Assembly (NCBI GenBank): GCA_013416795.1
Contig: RQSC01000032.1
Coordinates: forward strand, 1 to 64,000
Source of the DNA: Prasinococcaceae sp. CCMP 1430
Taxonomy: Eukaryota > Plantae > Prasinodermophyta
DNA length: 64,000 nt
Direction of reading: 5' to 3'
Within the stretch, counting starts at the first letter, position 1. Each line of letters starts with the position of its first letter. This document shows, piece after piece, positions 61,036 to 64,000 of the stretch. The translations under genes were made by a program, and so were the position numbers. Under the pieces are notes generated by a model. The model did not search any database. It had not been told where the DNA came from and saw only the letters and a program-made list of their open reading frames with translations.

Positions 61036-63945
61036 TCATGCCGTGTCTTCGGCAGCGACTTCGACAGCCGCGCTCGCTGTGCTGGGGCCGAACGCCTCAG
61101 CCATTGCCCCGGCAAGTGCGGTGTCGTACACAGCGTCGACTGTGGCTGTCAGCGCGGCGTCGTACGCCACAGCCTCCTCGGCCTCACGAATGATCGCAGC
61201 AGCCTCGGCGGCAACTTCGTCAGCAGGCGCCTCGGGCACGGGCGCGATAGGTGTGCGCGCTCTCCCAAGGTACGCCACGTGCTCGGGACAGAGAGTCTCC
61301 TTTGCGCGGTGAAGCGCAAATTCGTCCCATGCGCCACTTGCGCCACCGGCAGCCCGGGCAATCCCCACGCGTCTGTCAAGCTCACCAGCGAGGCTGCCCA
61401 CAAGCTCGTCAAACAGCGACTCAAACGCGGTTGCTCCCGCGCCGACGGCCTCGCGCGCGCGCTCTGACAGAAGCGCATCGTAGCGCTCGGCGTCGATGGC
61501 AGCAGCGCGTTCACTGTCACTCTCGGCACCCTCCGCGCCCTCGTCGCCCTCCGCAGCCTCAACGCCTTCCGCACCCTCCGCACCAGGCTCGGGGCCTTCA
61601 CCCTTGTTCTCCATGACCTCAGCTTCTGCCCTGGCGCCCTCTCCCGCAGCCGCAATGGCCTCCGCCACGCCGCACTGCGCCTCGTAAATGGCCACCAGCC
61701 GCACCGCGCGGCGGTGCGGCGGCACCACTGCGCGCGATCGCAGTGCGCCGAGCCTCGCCTGGAGCTTTCCCAGCGCATCTGCAGCCACGCCGCAGCTCTC
61801 CGCTTCTGTAATGGCGCCCTCGAGCGACGCCATCGAGCTATTCCATGCGCCACCAGTACTCACACCTACCTCGTCGTCCTCCGATGGCTCGCCCTCGGCG
61901 GCAATAGCGCCTTCTGTGCCCTCAGCGCCGTCCAAAGCGGCGGCGCTGGCGGCGCGCGCGGCCGCAGCGCAGTCCTCCACCAGCGCAGCGCAGTCGGCAT
62001 GCAGAGAGGGCGTATAGTAAAACTGAGGACGCACACCGGCATTGGAGGCAAGGAAAGCGCGCTCGTCGGCGTTCTCCCCGTCGTTCCTTTCAACCTCCTG
62101 CTGCACGGAAGATGATGCGCGCACCCCCACGGCGCTGATGATTGCATCGAGAGCCTCGCCAACAGCCGCCTTGCGCTCGGCTGCATCGAGGTGCGCGCAC
62201 ACTTCCGCGCGCTCGAGCACCGACGTGTCGCGCGCTCGCGATATGCCACGCGCGTGCACTGTCATCGCCGCGCCCCCTTTCGCGACCGTCGGCAGCGGCG
62301 GATGCGTGCGCAGCGCCCAGCGCCTCGAAAAGCAGCCCGCGTGACCATCAGGCCGGAAAGCCACTGTGAATGTGCGGCGCTCGCCCGGCAGCAGAGAGCC
62401 CTCGTCGGCGTTCAGCGTGAGGGCGCTTCCGGCTCCTCCTTGCCCGCTGGCAAAGGCGAGAGAGCTGACGGCACGTGAGCGCGTGACGCCGGGGACGGCG
62501 ACAGGCTCGAGCTCATCCCACGCAAAGTACAGCACAGTTGTGCCAGCATTGGCGAGCTCAAAAGTCGCGCGTGAGGACTCATGCGCTCCGCAGGCGACGC
62601 ACACGCGTGGCGTGTCCAGCTCGGCGGCGGGGCCCTCGACCAGGCCGCGAAGGCGCAGCGCGGTCGCCTCCGCTTGGGCGGCAATCGCCGCGGCCGCCGC
62701 GCGCGCCTCGGCCTGTTCGGCGAGCGCGGCGCGTGCTTTGCACACCGCCTCCCAGCCACTCGGGTGGTACTGCTCGAGCTCCGCCTCGCATTCGGCCAAC
62801 GTGACTACCGACTCGCCCATGGCGGACAACGCCGCCTCTACACTCACGCCGGTGACCTGCAGGCCACGCGCGTCGTCGTGGTCGGGCAGGTGGCCGACGA
62901 GCTCGGAGATCTGGCGCGCGTACTGCTTCTTCTTGGCCTTGAATGTAGCGTCGTTAGACCAGTGCGTCTTCACCTCCGAGCGCGGCACTTTGGGCTTGGC
63001 GGCAAGCGGCCTGCGCACGAGCTCAACCTCTTCGGCTTGCGGCCTTTCCGGCACAGGGCAGAAAAGCCCCGAGAAGATGTTGCCCACGGGTACGAAGCGC
63101 GTCCAGTTATCACGCAGGCTCATGGTCCACTGGTCGGAGCCGCGGCGCCTTTCGGCAGGCACGGCCAGGTGCAGCATGTCGTTCTCCTCGCGGCGCTCGC
63201 GAAAGTCCTGGTGGCGCTCCATCACGAGCTCGCTGGGTTCCTTGTTGAATTCCTTGGCAAGTGCCTGCTGCACGGCTGACCACTCGGCTTCTTGGCGATC
63301 GAAGTGGTCCAGCGCGCGCTCCTCCGCACCCGCAATCACGCGCGCGCTGATCGTCGAGTTCAGGTCGGTCGTGCGCACACTGGCATCGGCGTCGGCCCCG
63401 AACGCCTGTGCGCGCGCCTCGCGGAGCCGGACTGCGACCTCGCCCGCCTGAAACCGCGCCTCCGAGCGGCGCGAGAACGCGTCGAGCAGCGCCTCTGCGG
63501 CAGCGGGTTCGATGTTGCCGAGAGCTTGCGCCTCAGCGGCTACTTCCGCGGTCGGGCTGAATGCGGCGCGCGAGCGCTGCTGCGTATCCCTGGTGGGCGA
63601 TGGGCTCGCCACGGGCGTGCTCGTCTGCGCGGGCGCGGAGCGCCGCTCGAGCTCGGCCTGGAACGCCGCCACATCGCCGAGCACGTTCGAGGCGTTGACC
63701 TCTCCACCGACCAACACTGCGTCTGCCACCGCCACCCCGTCCACACCACCGTCTGCGCTGCCACCTTCCGGTTGCGTCACCGGCGCCTCCGCCTGCTGCG
63801 CGGGAGGTGCGGCACCGTCCGCGGCCTGCCCCTCCGGCGGGGCAACGCGCCGGCGCACCTTGAGCGTGCGCCGCCCCGGCGGTGGCCCGGGCCGCACGAG
63901 CTTGTCGACAGCCGTGGGCTCTAGGTGCACGAGCACGTCCGTCAT
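61036..63945 (-). CDS. MYCBPAP: MYCBP-associated protein (MYCBPAP / FAP147-like), ciliary ASH-domain protein
   Basis: ELVMER...RERREE..L..AVP, W.MSLRDNWTRFVPVGNIFSGLFCP, L.NAGTTVLYFAW and GSLLPGE..F.VAF.P...G.F...W.L.THP. Confidence 0.85.
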   Translation of the reverse strand: MTDVLVHLEPTAVDKLVRPGPPPGRRTLKVRRRVAPPEGQAADGAAPPAQQAEAPVTQPEGGSADGGVDGVAVADAVLVGGEVNASNVLGDVAAFQAELERRSAPAQTSTPVASPSPTRDTQQRSRAAFSPTAEVAAEAQALGNIEPAAAEALLDAFSRRSEARFQAGEVAVRLREARAQAFGADADASVRTTDLNSTISARVIAGAEERALDHFDRQEAEWSAVQQALAKEFNKEPSELVMERHQDFRERREENDMLHLAVPAERRRGSDQWTMSLRDNWTRFVPVGNIFSGLFCPVPERPQAEEVELVRRPLAAKPKVPRSEVKTHWSNDATFKAKKKQYARQISELVGHLPDHDDARGLQVTGVSVEAALSAMGESVVTLAECEAELEQYHPSGWEAVCKARAALAEQAEARAAAAAIAAQAEATALRLRGLVEGPAAELDTPRVCVACGAHESSRATFELANAGTTVLYFAWDELEPVAVPGVTRSRAVSSLAFASGQGGAGSALTLNADEGSLLPGERRTFTVAFRPDGHAGCFSRRWALRTHPPLPTVAKGGAAMTVHARGISRARDTSVLERAEVCAHLDAAERKAAVGEALDAIISAVGVRASSSVQQEVERNDGENADERAFLASNAGVRPQFYYTPSLHADCAALVEDCAAAARAASAAALDGAEGTEGAIAAEGEPSEDDEVGVSTGGAWNSSMASLEGAITEAESCGVAADALGKLQARLGALRSRAVVPPHRRAVRLVAIYEAQCGVAEAIAAAGEGARAEAEVMENKGEGPEPGAEGAEGVEAAEGDEGAEGAESDSERAAAIDAERYDALLSERAREAVGAGATAFESLFDELVGSLAGELDRRVGIARAAGGASGAWDEFALHRAKETLCPEHVAYLGRARTPIAPVPEAPADEVAAEAAAIIREAEEAVAYDAALTATVDAVYDTALAGAMAEAFGPSTASAAVEVAAEDTA

Positions 63946-64000
63946 GGCCGCCGCCGTCTCTCCCGTCTCCGCTTCCTTGGCCCCCTCCCCGTGCCCGGGC

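Noticed and set aside
1-64000. Hundreds of Arg/Ala/Pro-rich ORFs in the supplied track (e.g. 20413-21930, 41481-42770, 48556-50865)
   Set aside because: They are shadow or antisense frames expected at ~70% GC, or artificially open across N runs. They have no recognisable motifs and overlap better-supported genes.
1-64000. Transposons, retroelements or an introner family
   Set aside because: No transposase, RT, integrase or tyrosine recombinase motifs were seen, and the introns do not share extended sequence similarity by eye.
1-64000. tRNA, rRNA or spliceosomal snRNA genes
   Set aside because: No cloverleaf/T-loop, rRNA or U1/U2/U4/U5/U6 signature sequences were recognised on either strand by eye.

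Overview
This is a very GC-rich, gene-dense eukaryotic nuclear scaffold from a draft assembly (N gaps at 1854-1865, 8199, 18705, 42803 and 49830-50613). It is almost certainly a green-lineage alga of prasinophyte grade, judged from ARC6, a plastid triose-phosphate translocator, an AIPP1-like RRM protein, a plant-type TTTAGGG repeat and short GT-AG introns with GTGAG/GTGCG donors and CTGAC/CTAAC branch sites. About 30 protein genes can be supported: housekeeping genes, plastid genes, and cilia-associated genes (DLEC1, MYCBPAP, SSNA1). I saw no tRNA, rRNA, CRISPR array, transposase or reverse transcriptase. The standout is an intronless 1118-aa four-module enzyme at 43248-46604: an EF-hand pair, a heme-oxygenase-like diiron oxidase, a class I SAM methyltransferase and a TauD-like Fe(II)/2-oxoglutarate oxygenase, with all catalytic motifs intact. 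It looks like a fused biosynthetic mini-pathway with an unknown product. Two other loci (29.4-29.6 kb and 56.5-56.85 kb) contain short bacterial-looking gene pieces joined in frame to algal genes; these are either gap-filling chimeras or very recent DNA insertions. All family assignments come from motif recognition only; no database searches were run.
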